Positions 12,138 through 25,039 of a DNA stretch of 64,000 bases are shown here, one piece after another. The notes under the pieces were generated by a model that searched no databases, was not told the DNA's origin, and worked only from the letters and a program-made list of their open reading frames with translations. The DNA comes from Somniosus microcephalus (Eukaryota), in assembly GCA_052327205.1 (NCBI GenBank), contig CM126202.1, positions 373,674,001 to 373,738,000 on the forward strand, written 5' to 3'. Position 1 is the stretch's first letter. The number at the start of each line of letters is the position of its first letter. Both the position numbers and the translations under genes were made by a program.

Positions 12138-12553
12138 CTCGCTGGAGTTTAGAAGAATGAGAGGGGATCTCATTGAAACTTATAAAATTCTAACACGACT
12201 AGACAGACTAGATGCAGGAAGGATGTTCCCAATGGTGGGGGAGTCCAGAACCAGGGGTCACAGTCTAAGGATAAGGGGTAAGCCATTTAGGACAGAGATG
12301 AGGAGGAATGTTTTCACCCAGAGAGTGGTGAACCTGTGGAATTCTCTACCAAAGAAGGTAGTAGAGGCCAATTCATTAAATATATTCAAGAAGGAGTTAG
12401 ATATATTTCTTAAGGCTAAAGGGATCAAGGGATATGGAGAGAAAGCAGGGACTGAGTACTGAATTTGGATGATCAGCCATGATCTCATTGAATGGCGGAG
12501 CAGGCTCGAGGGGCCGAATGGCCTACTCCTGCTCCTATCTTCTATGTTTCTAT
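12138..12553 (+). mobile_element. 5'-truncated CR1 LINE (HER1-like family A)
   Basis: LEFRRMRGDLIETYKIL...RTRGHSLRIRG C-terminus, 3' UTR stem-loop and TTCTATGT tail. Confidence 0.92.
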
Positions 12554-12579
12554 GAATAAAGAGGAGAATGCTGAGCCAG

Positions 12580-13460
12580 AAAAAGGCAAGCTTTAATAAG
12601 ATACAAATAAATCTGGCCCCAAATCAATGGAGGCAGAAAAGTTTGCAAACAGGACAACAGATCAGCAGTGGTAAATCTTCAGATGTGAGAGGGAGAACAA
12701 AATTAGTACGTTCCTATAAGGCAAAAAGTGGGTGCATCAAAGGACAGAGTTCCATGATTAGGGAGTTTAAAATGATACTGAAACTTAAATGTGATGCATA
12801 TAATAAAATTAGGGCAAACAATGCTAAATAACACTCTGAAGGATATAGAAAATGTAGTGGGCAGATGGAAAGGAAGATTAGAAAGCCTGAAGGGGATTAT
12901 TAATTAAAAAAAATTGCAGATAAGGAAATTGTTGAAAAGGAAATGGTAAGGGCTTTTCCAAGCATATTAAAAAAATGATGCGAGAGAAGGTAGGATTGTT
13001 CAGGGAAGAATGGAAGAGTCTAATTGTGAATGATAAAGGCATGACAGAGATATTAAATATTTTGCATCAATTTTTACAAATGATAATGGCAGTGAGAATG
13101 TAAGTGTGCTGGAGGAGGGTATGGAACAATTGCTTGAGATACATGTAGAAAAGGAATTGGATCTAAAAGCTGCAGCAGAATTGGATAAATCACAGGGTCT
13201 GATGGTGTGCGCCTGTTGAACGAAGTTAAAGAGAGCAAAGACTACAATTTTTTTAAATCCTCTTTATATACACAAACTGGATATCCAAGGAAATGGACAG
13301 TAGGCAGATAACCCAAGACCAGTTGATCTGGTGTCAGATGTGGAATACTTGAGGCAGAGAACTTTTAAGAGAAGAATAGATAAAACATTTGAAGCAGAGG
13401 ACGATGCGGGGCTACAGGGAGACAACAGAGCAGTGGGATTACTTTTGGATTGCTCTAGCA
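12580..13460 (+). mobile_element. Old degenerate CR1 ORF2 fragments
   Basis: Purine-rich sequence with remnants such as TATTTTGCATCAATTTTTACA and GATAAATCACAGGGTCTGATGG (KSPGPDG-like). No open frame. Confidence 0.55.
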
Positions 13461-13484
13461 AAGGCCCAGCAAAGATACCAACAA

Positions 13485-13630
13485 AAAAGCAAAACACTGC
13501 AGACGCTCGAGATCTAAAACAAAAATAGACAATGCTGGAAGCACTCAACATGTTAGGCAGCATCTGTGGAAGCAACAGACAAATTAAAGTTTTGAAGGGG
13601 TGAACACGCCATCAGAACTGGAAAGCTATG
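13485..13630. mobile_element. Penelope-like terminus fragment with a decayed hammerhead core
   Basis: Homologous to 5557-5695. The minus strand reads CCAGTTCTGATGGCG...CAAAACTTTAA. Confidence 0.6.
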
Positions 13631-14015
13631 TGCAGCATTTAGAAAAGAAACAGGACAAGAGGAAGGGGGAAGAAAAAAAGAAATACACGCACATAGAGGA
13701 GATGAAATAGAATTACCAGTAAAGTGCTTAAGTGGGGAATAGGAGATGGTTAAGTGATGTAAACATGAGACAAGAGGGGCATAATGAGAGAAATAAAAGA
13801 AATAAAAGACACGTACATGAGAGAGAGAATATAAATAACAATAAATGATGGGGAATGGGCAAGTGGAAGGGAAACATGATAAACTGGAAACGTAGAGGAG
13901 GCTCCAGTGGCCCAGGAGACTAGTAGAATAATAGGTTGCATGCTATACTTTATTCAGCTGGATTATATTAGCTCCTAATATTACATCTTCCCATTGCAAC
14001 GCATTATCGAATTAT

Positions 14016-14765
14016 GGGCTAGATTTTCAGTATAGACAGTTTTGGGGCGCTAACCTTAGCGCCCGCCCGAAGTTAGCGCCCGCCCCAAAGTAGCGCCCCG
14101 TTGCCGGAAATTCAGTGGCTTCGCCCTAAGAGGTTGGTGGAGCGCTAAAAGAGGCGTTCCACTACTATCTTTAGGCGCTAAGCCGGCGATGCAGAGCGCA
14201 ACACCCGAGCTCGGGCGCAGCGCACGGCAGACACTCTGGTGCCAGTGAGCTCTTAAAGGGGAAGGGTGCATGTGTTTTTTTCAAAGGCAGAGTCTGGGGG
14301 GGAAAACAGGAGGAGGAGGAGGAGGATGAGGATGAGGATGATGAGGATGAGGATGAGGTGGTGGTGGTGGTGGTAAACATAAATACACCGTTCACAACAA
14401 CACACTGGAGCCTTCCACACAACACATGCAGAGTGCCTTTTATAGTGCAGGAGGAGTGCCCTTTAATTTGTGCTCCCCAGGGTGTGTTGCGTTCCATTTT
14501 ACAAACGCTCTGGACGCCAGCCGCACAATGGGGCGGTCCGACTGAAGTTTGGATTCGGGGCGGCCAAAGGGCGTTGCACGAGGATGTGACGTCATTTTCT
14601 GCGCGCGCATCCGGGCGGCCGCTAAACTTTGTGCCAGCGCTAACGGGCAACTTAATTTGGGGCGGGGCGCAAACTGCGCTGCGCCCGGGCGCTACACGCA
14701 TAGCGCCTGAAAATCACTTCTCTTAAGGCGCTAACTGCTGGCGCAATCAACTGAAAATCTAGCCC
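14016..14765. mobile_element. 750-bp MITE-like non-autonomous DNA transposon (Harbinger-like)
   Basis: Perfect 16-bp TIR GGGCTAGATTTTCAGT / ACTGAAAATCTAGCCC, 3-bp TSD TAT, repeated subterminal TAGCGCC/GGCGCTA motifs, CpG-rich. Confidence 0.9.
14309..14373 (+). repeat. Compound microsatellite (GAG)n(GATGAG)n(GTG)n inside the MITE
   Basis: Directly visible in the sequence. Confidence 0.9.
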
Positions 14766-15625
14766 TATATTCTTTTTTAGCTGCCTCTTGATCTGATACC
14801 ATCAACTTTCGCAAACAGTAACAAATTCCACAACTTTGCTTCTGACTCCCCAATAATGTAGCCACAGTCGGGCCAATATTGGGATCATCGCAGAAGTGTG
14901 CTGAGACCAAATCGCATAGGAAGCTGTCCATGCTGGCAGAGTGGGCATCTGGGCTCACTGATTATTGTGCATTGCTGGTAATTTATGTGGAGAGGATAGG
15001 AAATCATAAAGCTTCAAGACCTTAAAGGGTTGCAGCACGAGTTTATAAAGATTTATAACTACTTAAATGGAAGTAGCTGCAACTGAAGGCAAATATCTTA
15101 AAAGATTAAAAAATGATTGTCAAAGGGTGACAGTCTTTGTAAAGGCTGAATGGGGATTGGGGAGGGAGAAGTGATGGGCGAGTTCAAAATAAAGGAAAGC
15201 CAATGTGGAGGCACAAAGCAGAATCTGTGAACATGTAGCAGAGGAGTGCTGCACCTAATTCCCTGCCAAGTGGACATGTTGCTGCATGAAGTGTGTGCAA
15301 GAAGGTTTGCCCTGTTTAGCACTCCAGATCAAAATTTCTGTAAGAGGACAGTACACTATGTCTGGCAGGAGATGGTGCAGATGTGGCAACTGCCTCTCAG
15401 GGCAGAGTCAAATACGGCTAAGCTAGCTGACCCCTGCAAAGGACATAAGAAATGCCATGTGGCAGGCAGGACCAACACTATTAGACATCATGTAACAGTT
15501 GATGGGCCATCTCATGACCCTGCAGAAAGTGGTAAAGGGCCACCTCCATTATCTCAAGGCTCCCAATCAGTAAGGTGCCAGCATACTTCTCTACTTCTCT
15601 CACTGGGAAGCAGTAGTAAATAACA

Positions 15626-16660
15626 CATAAGGAAGACGGTTATGGTTGTTGGAGGCCAATCATCACAGCCCCAGGACGTCGCTGCAGGAGTTCCTCAGGG
15701 CAGTGCCCTAGGCCGAGCCATCTTCAACTGCTTCATCTATGACCTTCCGTCCATCATAAGGTCAGAAGTGGGGATGTTCGCTGATGATTGCAGAGTGTTC
15801 AGTTCCAATCGTAACTCCTCAGATAATGAAACAGTCTGTGCCTGCATGCAGCAAGACTTGGACGACATTCAGGCTTGGGCTGATAAGTGGTAAGTAACAT
15901 TTGTGCCACACAATTGCCAGGCAATGACTATCTCCAACAAGAATCTAACCACCGCCCCTTGATATTCAACAGCATTACCATTGCCAAATTCCCCACCATC
16001 AACATCCTGGGGGTCACCATTGACTGGAAACTTAACTGGAGCAGCCACATAGATACTGTGGCTAAAAGAGCAAGTCAGAGGCTGGGTATTCTGTGGCGAG
16101 TGTCTCGCCTCCTGACTCCTTAAAATCTTTCCACCATCTACGAGGCACAAGTCAGGAGTGTGATGGAATACTCTCCACTTGCCTGAATGAGTGCAGCTCC
16201 AACAAAACTCAAGAAGCTCGATACCATCCAGGACAAAGCAGATCGGTTGATTGGCACCCCATCCACCACTTTAAACATTCACTCCCTCCACCACCGGCTC
16301 ACTGTGACTGCAGTGTGTACCATCTACAAGATGCACTGCAGCAACTCGCCAAGGCTTCTTCGACAGCACCTCCCAAACCTGCGACCTCTACCACCTAGAA
16401 GGACCAGGGCAGCAGGTGCATGGGAACACCATCACCTCCAAGTTCTCCTCCAAGTCACATGCCATCTTGACTTGGACATATGTTGGCATTCCTTCATTGT
16501 TGCTGGGTCAAAATCCTAGAACTCCCTTCCTAACAGCACTGTGGGAATACCTTCACCACACAGACTACAGCAGTTCAAGAAGGTCCATCACCACCTTCTC
16601 AAGGGCAACTAGGGATGGGCAATAAATGTTGGTCTTGCTAACGATGCCCACATCCTGCAA
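15626..16660 (+). mobile_element. 5'-truncated CR1-clade LINE (family B): RT C-terminal half and 3' UTR
   Basis: GVPQGSALG...MFADDC...QQDLDDIQAWADKW and ILGVTIDWKLNWSSHI, with stops and frameshifts. Confidence 0.9.
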
Positions 16661-17399
16661 ATTTTTTTTTTTTTAATGCCAACCATTAGCATTTGCTTAG
16701 TTGCATCTGTGTGCCAGTGTAGAATTCCAGAAACCAACATCTCCCATGCTGTCTCCTGTGCCTTCTCCGAGGTCATCCCAGAATGGGCCTCAACTCTCAT
16801 CTGTGCAGTGCCACATTTGTGCACGTACCTGATCATGTGGGTCCTGTGCTGGCTTGTAATTGGCACCCAGTGGCAATTAAGAAAATGGAAAATAATTATT
16901 CATGCTATGCTAGAAGACCTCAGAAAATGTCAACCATCAATGTTGCAAGCTGACAGTCAGCATTCGCAGAGTTGTCTCAGCATTTGCTGCCAAAATTCAT
17001 GTGGCTCCCGCACATGCTCATGACAAAATGGCACCTAGGGGCGTTTAAGTACTTCAAACCGTCAGGGGGAGATATATTGCAGAGACTTATCATGTAAATT
17101 GGAGTGGGGAGATGAAGTGATATAAAATGTATCAAGCAGTCTGTTTTATGCAAGGGCTGGGCTATGGGAGAGGTCTCTCCCAAATTATATGATTCATTGG
17201 GGGACCTATTACCATATATTTGCATGCTATTTGAGGAGGTAATGAGGCTCACATGTGACAGCAGTGTAACTTGCCAAAACTTCTAAAATATATTAATCAC
17301 AGAGCTCCGAGCGCAACGAATCACACCTCATTCTCCAACCCGTGTACATCATCTGGACAGCTCCCCGCTGGGAGCAGAATCTTAAACTACTGGTCCTAG

Positions 17400-17560
17400 C
17401 AAGTCATCTTTCATTTCATAATCAGCCTGGTCACCCCTTTCTTTTCTTGTAGTAGTTCAAGGACCTTCTCATTCATCACAATTTTTGTCCAATTAATTTT
17501 CAACATATGTCTGAAGCACTGTAACACAATACTTTTTTGAATATTCAGAAAATGAGAAAC
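17400..17560 (-). mobile_element. Ancient RTE-type RT thumb fragment
   Basis: CFRHMLKINWTKIVMNEKVL resembles the RTE motif CxRRMLKISWxxxVTNEEVL. Confidence 0.5.
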
Positions 17561-19072
17561 AAATCTAATCGTGTTGTGTGGGCTTCTTTTGACCACCAGC
17601 GATCGATAATGGGTCCTTTTCACTAAAACATCAATTAGTAAAAATGCATCCTGCCTACTAGATGATCAATGACTTGGACACCAGTAAAACGCACAGATGC
17701 TTCCCTGTAGATAATCTGTGAACATAAATGAATCCTCCACACTGGACAATCTTGGAAAAACAGATCCATACTTAGCATGTGACGACTAGGGATTAGGATG
17801 AGATCTCATTGTTGTAAATAGAAATTAGATGCAGACATGCCCCAGCCTCAGGGTGACTTTTACTTTCACCACCATTAGAGGGACAGCAGATCAGGGGAAC
17901 TCCGAAACCTTGAAATATTACAAATATGCAGTTGCTAGTTTACAATGGATATACATGTACAAACTCTCTTGTAAAACACAGAGCATAGTTAAGTACTGAG
18001 AATGGGGCCAAATCTCATGCTACTGATAAGTGAGCTATCTCCCAGAGTTGGAACAAAGAACATTTTCCAACTTCTAAATCTTCACTGGCAAATTGTTGGT
18101 TCTTTCTTTGCTCTTATATGGATGACATAATCATGGAAAGGAAGCTTCAAATTAACATCTACACAAACAACACAATACCCATGGGTGGAGTCCAAAATAA
18201 TGCAGCATATGAACAGAAGTAAAAAAGACTTCCAGTGACACAATAATTATTTGAAAATAAAATTTAATCTTTCATTTAACCGTGTGAAGCTTTGTCTCCT
18301 ATTGTGCCACCTCCATCGCCAACAATTAGAATTCATAGAAACCAAATGCAGTTACTTTTCATGTGTGTGTATATAAGTAACAATATGTGCAGTAGTTTCT
18401 CCCTTGATGGCTCACCAACTTTATGAAATGAATAGTGACATGACACTGCAATTGATTCCCGATCATACTCTTCCAAGAAGTCTGCCCATGTGGGTGTCGG
18501 GTGAGGATCGAATCCAGGATGGTCGTGAAAACCTCCATGATTAAATAGCCTGCCCACACTCACTGTTAAGATTCACATCTGAGGAATGGCCAGTAGGGAA
18601 AGGTACCAGTGCCCCAACAGAACGGAAGGAAAATTGGTGAGGGAAAGAAAGGCTCTGCAGTATTACTTTTCTTTTGAGGGAAAATTAATCTTTCTCCAAA
18701 GCATAAGTTAAATTTAGATATTGTATGACTTATGGACACTTATTTTTTGACTTTTAAATTGTTCCATCAAGCCTCAGAGCGAGTAGAGGGGCTGATGACT
18801 GAAATCTTCCTCAGATGAAGGGAGTGGTGGGGGGTTAAGGTACAAAATCTTGTTCGATGGAGGAGGGGTTAGGTTTGGAGGCTGAAACCTTGCCCAGCAC
18901 AAACGTTATGAAACCACGACTGCAGTCAGAGGAGTGTGATTTATGTAAGAAATAAACCTCCAGTACTAAAATTTATAGCATCATTGTTTCACGCCATTTA
19001 AGTAGTCGTAAACTGATTCTTTTTAATTAGCCGTACAACTCAGTCCAGGAGCTTGTCTGCAAAAATAACAAT

Positions 19073-19797
19073 GACCTGGATTTTGCGGTGGTAATGATGG
19101 CAAAATGGTAAACATTCGTCATCATTACCCCTCTGAAACTGACCGCTACTTCAGGATTTAGCACTTGTGCAGATAAATGCGGAAATCCTGAAGTTGTGGT
19201 CAGTCATTCACTGCTCTGCCATAGGTTACGCTGTGGAACTCCCCAGAGCTAGCAATCAGTTGAAATCACATAAGGATAAAAACTTCCCCTTTTACAATGG
19301 AATATCACTGTTAAAACCCCCCAAAAATTTCAAGCCCTGTTGAAAGAGATGTAACTGTGTTTTTATCGGCATACTGACTGCTAAACAACCATTTTGGCCC
19401 TGAAAAACTGATTTTATATTTATGGATTGTCAAATTTTCCCATTAATATGATTAAAGATTACAAGTTGTTAATATAATGTTTTTAAAGTTTGTTTATGAT
19501 ATTTCAGCTTCTACCTTAATCATATGTGTATGTCTCAATCTTTATTTTGCTTTCTGTAAAATTTCTAAAAAGTAAATTAGAATCTGTGCATTTTACTTCC
19601 TGGTTTGCTGTCTGTGAGAATTCTTCAATGTGATTGGCTGCTTAGCGAGCTTTATGACATCACTGTTGCTGGATGCTTAGGATTCGCTTGATTTGGTGCC
19701 AGATTCAAACAAAGGTCAGGAGTGTTCAAATTGGGCAGCTTTCTTCGAGGTCAGTGGCGAGCACCGTCGCTTCATCGCTGATTGCAAATTCCAAGCC
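19073..19797. mobile_element. Non-autonomous TIR element with an AT-rich core
   Basis: Imperfect TIRs GACCTGGATTTTGC / GCAAATTCCAAGCC, flanked by AT on both sides. Confidence 0.65.
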
Positions 19798-19909
19798 ATT
19801 GAATTGAACAAATCTTTTTTTTTTTTTTAATTGCACAATTTCTTTTGTCTAAAATGTAATTTTCTCTCCTTCCAAAGGTAGTCATTGGTGCTGATAAGCC
19901 TCTCCAATT

Positions 19910-20110
19910 TTTTTTAAATTTGTTTTTATGGGATGTGGGCGTCGCTGCCAAGGCCAGCATTTATTGCCCATCCCTAATTGCCCTTGAGAAGGTGGTGGTG
20001 AGCCACCTTCTTGAACCGCTGCAGTCCATGTGGTGAAGGTACTCCCACAGTGCTGTTAAGGAGGGTGTTACAGGATTTTGACCCAGCGATGATGAAGGAT
20101 CGGCGATATA
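19910..20110 (-). mobile_element. CR1 family B 3' end fragment
   Basis: Reverse complement of the 4290-4475 tail. Confidence 0.85.
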
Positions 20111-21584
20111 CTGAGTGTATACTAAGTTTAGCTGTGTAAACCAAAACAGTGAGCGCTGGCAGTGTATTCAATTATAGGGCATCTAGGTCAAAGCTGAACT
20201 TGTTCTTACCTAAAGCCGGGACACTTACACTTACATTTACACTTCCTTTATCAGGTGCACAAATGCAGGCTGTTTTTTAATTTTATTTCCCAACTTGCGA
20301 ATGCATCCAGTGCTTCCATTTTTGACCTGACTAAACTCAGCTAACTCACCATGGACTGAGGAACAAAGTTGGGAAGCTGCTGATTGTGTAGCTCAGTATC
20401 ACACCACACTGTAATTTTAACTATGGAAGCTCTCCCTCCTATTTGCTACCCCCTTCTCTCCCAACTCACTCATCTTGGCTCAGTTATCCTGGCCCCTCTA
20501 CCCTACTTGACCTAAAAAAAATCAAACTGGTTTAGGCTCTCCATATGCAACACCACGGGAAATTGGGTAGTGGTTTATTATAATTGAGTGCCTCATTGTG
20601 GCTGATCAGAAAATGAAAATAAGTATCGCTTATCATCAGCTATGCAGGGAGACCCAATCTTCCATCACTACAAGCAGGGACGCTAATTCAGTTTGATCCT
20701 CACTTTGATGATGCCAAAATCTGGAAATTTGTGCAAAATAAGGACACTTGAGCAAAATAAGGACATTTGTGAAATTGAATGCAATGTCCGCCATCAAAGT
20801 TCTGATTGCCTATATGCAACACAATCAAATTATCACTATAATACCAGCCATCAGAAAGGCCCAGCACTACTACATAAGTCTACCCGTCATCATCCCCATG
20901 GTAGAAGGAATCATAGAGAATCATTATCATCAAACAATACTAGCTGCATTCCATCAACCAAACAATAGCCTGCACTGGACTGACAAGTACTGGGTGCACT
21001 TTTTAAACTTCCTGAGAAAGTATTGAAAACCTATTTTTTCCTTTTCTGAAATGGCACATAGTGAATGACCAGTTGCTCTCTTTGGCTATAGTCATTGCTT
21101 GCATGAGTTACCAGAAGAGGTTCAGCGCAAAGATGCTTATTACAGATGCTGAGTTGATCCGTTGGATCGCCTGAGAGCTTTGGAAACATCATTTAGAATC
21201 ATTTAAATGTTCGGAGGATAAAGGTGCCCCTGCCCGCACTCTCCTAACACTAATTAGCTGTCAGCAGCATAGAATCCTGTGCATGCATCAAAGAGCTCCC
21301 TCGTCATTCCACTATGGTGCCATATAAATTGAGATCAACCACTGGTAGAACTAATTTGCAAATTAGGGCATTGCAAATCTGAGAGATCTGAGCAATCAGC
21401 TAATGTTTCCTTTTCAGACCCCTATTGCAAACTATACATTTTTGGACATCTGCGACAGGATAAGACTCGCCAACACATATTGTCTAACATTAGATGTGGG
21501 TACTTGTAAAAGTACTGGAGGACTTTTAGTGCACCTAGTGAGAGTCAGCACCTTTGGAAGAAGAGGAGAGAAAGTTTTGTTACC

Positions 21585-22118
21585 TCCAGACTTAACTATT
21601 CCAATTCTCTCCTGGCTGGCCACCCGTCTTCCACCCCTATAAACATGAGCTCATCCAAAACTTTGCTGTCCTTATCCTAACTTACATTAAGCTCCATTCA
21701 CTCATCACCCCTCTGCTCACTACCTACATTGGCTAAGGTCCCAGAACGCATTGATTTTCAAAATCTCATCCTTGAGGTCAAATCCCTCCATGGCCTCGCC
21801 TCTCTCTATCTCTGTAACTTCCAGCCCTAAATCCCTCCTAGAACTCTCACAATTCTAGTCCCTTGTGCTTCCCTGACTTTCTTTGTCCCACCATTGGCAG
21901 CCATGCCTTCAGCTGTCTAGGCCCTTATCTCTGGAATTCCCTCCCTAAACCTCTCCCTCTCTTTCCTCCTTTAAGAGGCTCTTTAAAACTTACCTCTTTG
22001 ACCAAGTTTTAGGTCACCTGTCCTAACGTGTCCTTCTTTTGTCTGATTACGCTCCTGTGAAGCACTTTGGGATGTTTTACTACATTAAAGGTGCTATATA
22101 AATGGAAGTTATTGTTGT
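21585..22118 (+). mobile_element. L2-clade LINE 3' fragment
   Basis: Degenerate YSNSLLAG...LIQN.A...ITP.L..LHWL region and tail GTGAAGCACTTTGGGATG...AAAGGTGCTATATAAAT...(GTT)n. Confidence 0.75.
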
Positions 22119-22344
22119 GTGTGGAAGACGAGAATATTTAATTCATAAACGTGCAATGTTACATTGTGGGATTAGGTATTCATCCAATAGTACATTGTGA
22201 GAAATGGAGAAATGTAAACATTCAATTCTGTTTCTTACAGTTCACTATTTTCAGAAGTTCAAATTTTATTTTCCCACAGCCTGAAAGCGCACAATACTTC
22301 TGTTCTAAATATGAAATTCATGGTTACTCCAACTATAACTGAGA

Positions 22345-22700
22345 AGAATAAACGTGGCTCTGTGAGGGAAGGTATGACACAGTGTGGCACTAAGCCCCAC
22401 AAGTCAAGGTGCTGCCAGTTTGCATCCCTGGTGAGTACAGCGTTAGCCAGTCTCAGCTGGCTGGCAATGGAGGCAGTGCAATTGGTCTCAGTGGCCCCAG
22501 TGTAAGGAAAGGAAATAGCGACAAAAGATCCCACTCCACAGTGCTCTTCAATAGTTCCTGCTGACAGTATGCTATTTGATGATGTAAGACATGGGTAGGA
22601 TCAGACTCGGGTGTGATGTGCCCAACAATTGAATTGTCTACCAATATTGAATATCCAAGTTATTTGGGCGAAGAACAGAAGGCCTGTGGAACAATACCTC
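22345..22700 (+). mobile_element. Old SINE-like interspersed repeat (family X)
   Basis: Shares CAATTGG(T/C)CTCAG and AGGATCAG.CTCGG.TGTGATG blocks with the other family X copies. Confidence 0.55.
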
Positions 22701-23009
22701 AACATAAGTATCTATCTTCAGCACAGGACAAAAGAGAGAAACTTAGAAAGCAGCGTAGCATTGTACACCTACTTAAAATTATAGGTTGTAATAGTTTGAG
22801 ATTATTAATTCCTAAACACAAAGCACTTAATATATAGGAAAGTTATGCTATATCTAACTTTTTTAAAGGAAGGTCAAAAAGATTCCATGGGTAAATGCAA
22901 GCCAAATAAACCAGGCAGGTCCTTAATTTGATCACTAATCATTTGATAAATTAATCACTCAGCTGGACAGAAATGGTGGAATTATAACTGGGGTCTTAGT
23001 ACCCTGACA

Positions 23010-23383
23010 AGAAAAAAAAACTTGCATTTATATAGTACCTTTCACAACGTCAGGGCACCCCAAAACGCTTTACAGCTAATGAAGTACTTTAAAAAAGTGT
23101 AGTCACTGTTGTACTGTAGGAAACACGGCAGCCAATTTGCGCACAGTGATAAAGATCAGATAATCTGTTTTTTAGTGAGGTTGGTTAAGGGATAAATATT
23201 GGCCAGGACACCGGGGGGGGGAACTTCCTTGCTCTTCTTCGAATAGTGCTGTGGGATCTTTTACATCCGCCCAAGAGGGGGGACGGAACCTTAGGTTAAC
23301 GGCTCATCCGAAAGGAGGCACCTCCGACAGTGCAACACTCGCTCAGTACTGCACTGAAGTGTCAGCCTAGATTTTGTGCTCAA
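23010..23383 (-). mobile_element. SacSINE1-type Deu-SINE, inserted in a family X copy (22885-23565)
   Basis: Deu-domain blocks (GGGATAAATATTGGCCAGGACAC; GGCACCTCCGACAGTGCA...CAGTACTGCACTG) and an L2-like tail. Confidence 0.8.
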
Positions 23384-24044
23384 AAATTAGTGGGGAAAAC
23401 TAGTCCAAATTGCTGAACGTGATCGCAATCCCTACTGGAAGTGTGCATTTATAGGCACTGGACCACGGCAGGTCAGGTTCAGTTGTGATGATTCCCATGG
23501 TCAAATAACTCACCAACACTCACTGTCCTGGTTCACATGTGAGCAATGGCCACTTGCTCAAGGAAGGAATCATTTTTCGATGAATTACCAAATCTGTGCC
23601 ATCAATTTCTGAGCCGGAAATAAAAGGATATATTTTCACCCGGTTATGTTTACCAACATGTAAATCTGAGAATGCTATTGTGTATTCTTCTTTATTCTTG
23701 CATCTACTTTGTTGCTAAAAATAACAAAAGCAGTCAAGTGTATCCCAAGATGAGCATAACCACTGACTGGCTTAAGTGCTGAAGAAAATCATAGAGTTAA
23801 AAACATATTCACTGCACCTTTATATTAGTTTCAATAGTCGGTGCTCTGGGGTTGGTTTTACAGCAACAATTATGGATACCCATTATTCAACCAGTAAAAT
23901 AGTTTAGTATCAAGGAGGAAGAAAAGAGCCCTTCTGTGAAGGGTATTTGTTGAAAACAGTCTTTTGGGGGAATGATTGTTTTCAAAATAAGTACAATGGC
24001 TAGCAGATATGGATCCCCACTTGCAGCAAGTTTAAGAAGTTAAT

Positions 24045-24781
24045 GGCCCAGTAATTCCGGTCCCAACGCGTGAGTACGGACGGGGTACTCACGCGTGGGC
24101 CCGTTGGAAGTGCCGGATTTCAGCATGCGCGGGAAACCAGCATTTCCTCCAAGGGGTTCAGAGGTCCAACGCGTGCGCGCAGGACTCTGCGCGCACGCGT
24201 TGAACTTCCTTCTTTTTTACAGGTTTGCCCGTGTGTAAGGGCCTCAACTTTTTAGAAATGTAAAAAGATGTAAGGACTTGATTCTTTAAGGTGAGTGGTC
24301 TATTATTTAAAATTATAAAAAAATTTCCACAGCTTTATTGTTTTTAAGGACTTTACAGTAAGGTAAGTGTATTTTTAGAACCGATTTTAAAAAAAATTTA
24401 TTAATTTGAATAATTGTTTAAAATAGTTTTTTTTTAAAGTTATTTATAGTTCATTTAATTAGTGGGATGTTTTTTAAAATTTTATTTAAAGTTTAAGTAG
24501 TGTTTTGGGCGCTCATAGTTTTCATGAGTTTGATCGCCCTTACTATCAAACTCATGAATGAAGTTTTCCCTCCCCTGATTGGCTGCCCAGTGCTCACCTG
24601 ATCCCAGCCGGCACATCAAACTAACTACGCCACTGGATCAGGCAAGCACAGCGCGCCGACAGCTGAACCGGGCCAGTGACAGGAATTCCAAGCAGGCCCA
24701 GGCTTCAGCTGTTGGCGCGCCGGGTAAGTGCACATCGGGGGCTTGCACACGCGGCAAGCCCCCAAACCTAATTTCTGGGCC
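24045..24781. mobile_element. Non-autonomous TIR element (737 bp) with CpG-rich ends and an AT-rich core
   Basis: TIRs GGCCCAGTAATT / AATTTCTGGGCC with AT on both flanks. Confidence 0.8.
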
Positions 24782-25039
24782 ATTATTTTAGCCACTGGTA
24801 TTTCCACTGCATGGATAAGTGGGGCACAATTAAGGACAATTGTCAATTTACAGCCTCTCCTGTCAGTTAAATATAAATTCTATTTTTCGAAGTATGCAAA
24901 CAGAATTTGAGCAGGGCACAGACACAAATACAAATGCCAACTTACGCATATTTCAGGGCACCAATTATTTCTCGTGCTGACCCTAGGAAGGTGGCACCTG
25001 AGGTCAAGAGAGGCGAGTGTTCTTGCTGAAATCGGGGTA

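Noticed and set aside
14171-14726. 176-aa poly-Ser/Thr ORF and its antisense ORF
   Set aside because: They lie inside a MITE and are produced by the microsatellite and high GC content.
17029-17045. CTCF-like TGGCACCTAGGGGCG
   Set aside because: Imperfect core match; cannot be supported without PWM scoring or ChIP data.
20748-21026. 92-aa ORF as a possible host exon
   Set aside because: YYISLPVIIPMVEGII looks like a decayed LINE motif (YRPISLLSIISKVMEGII).
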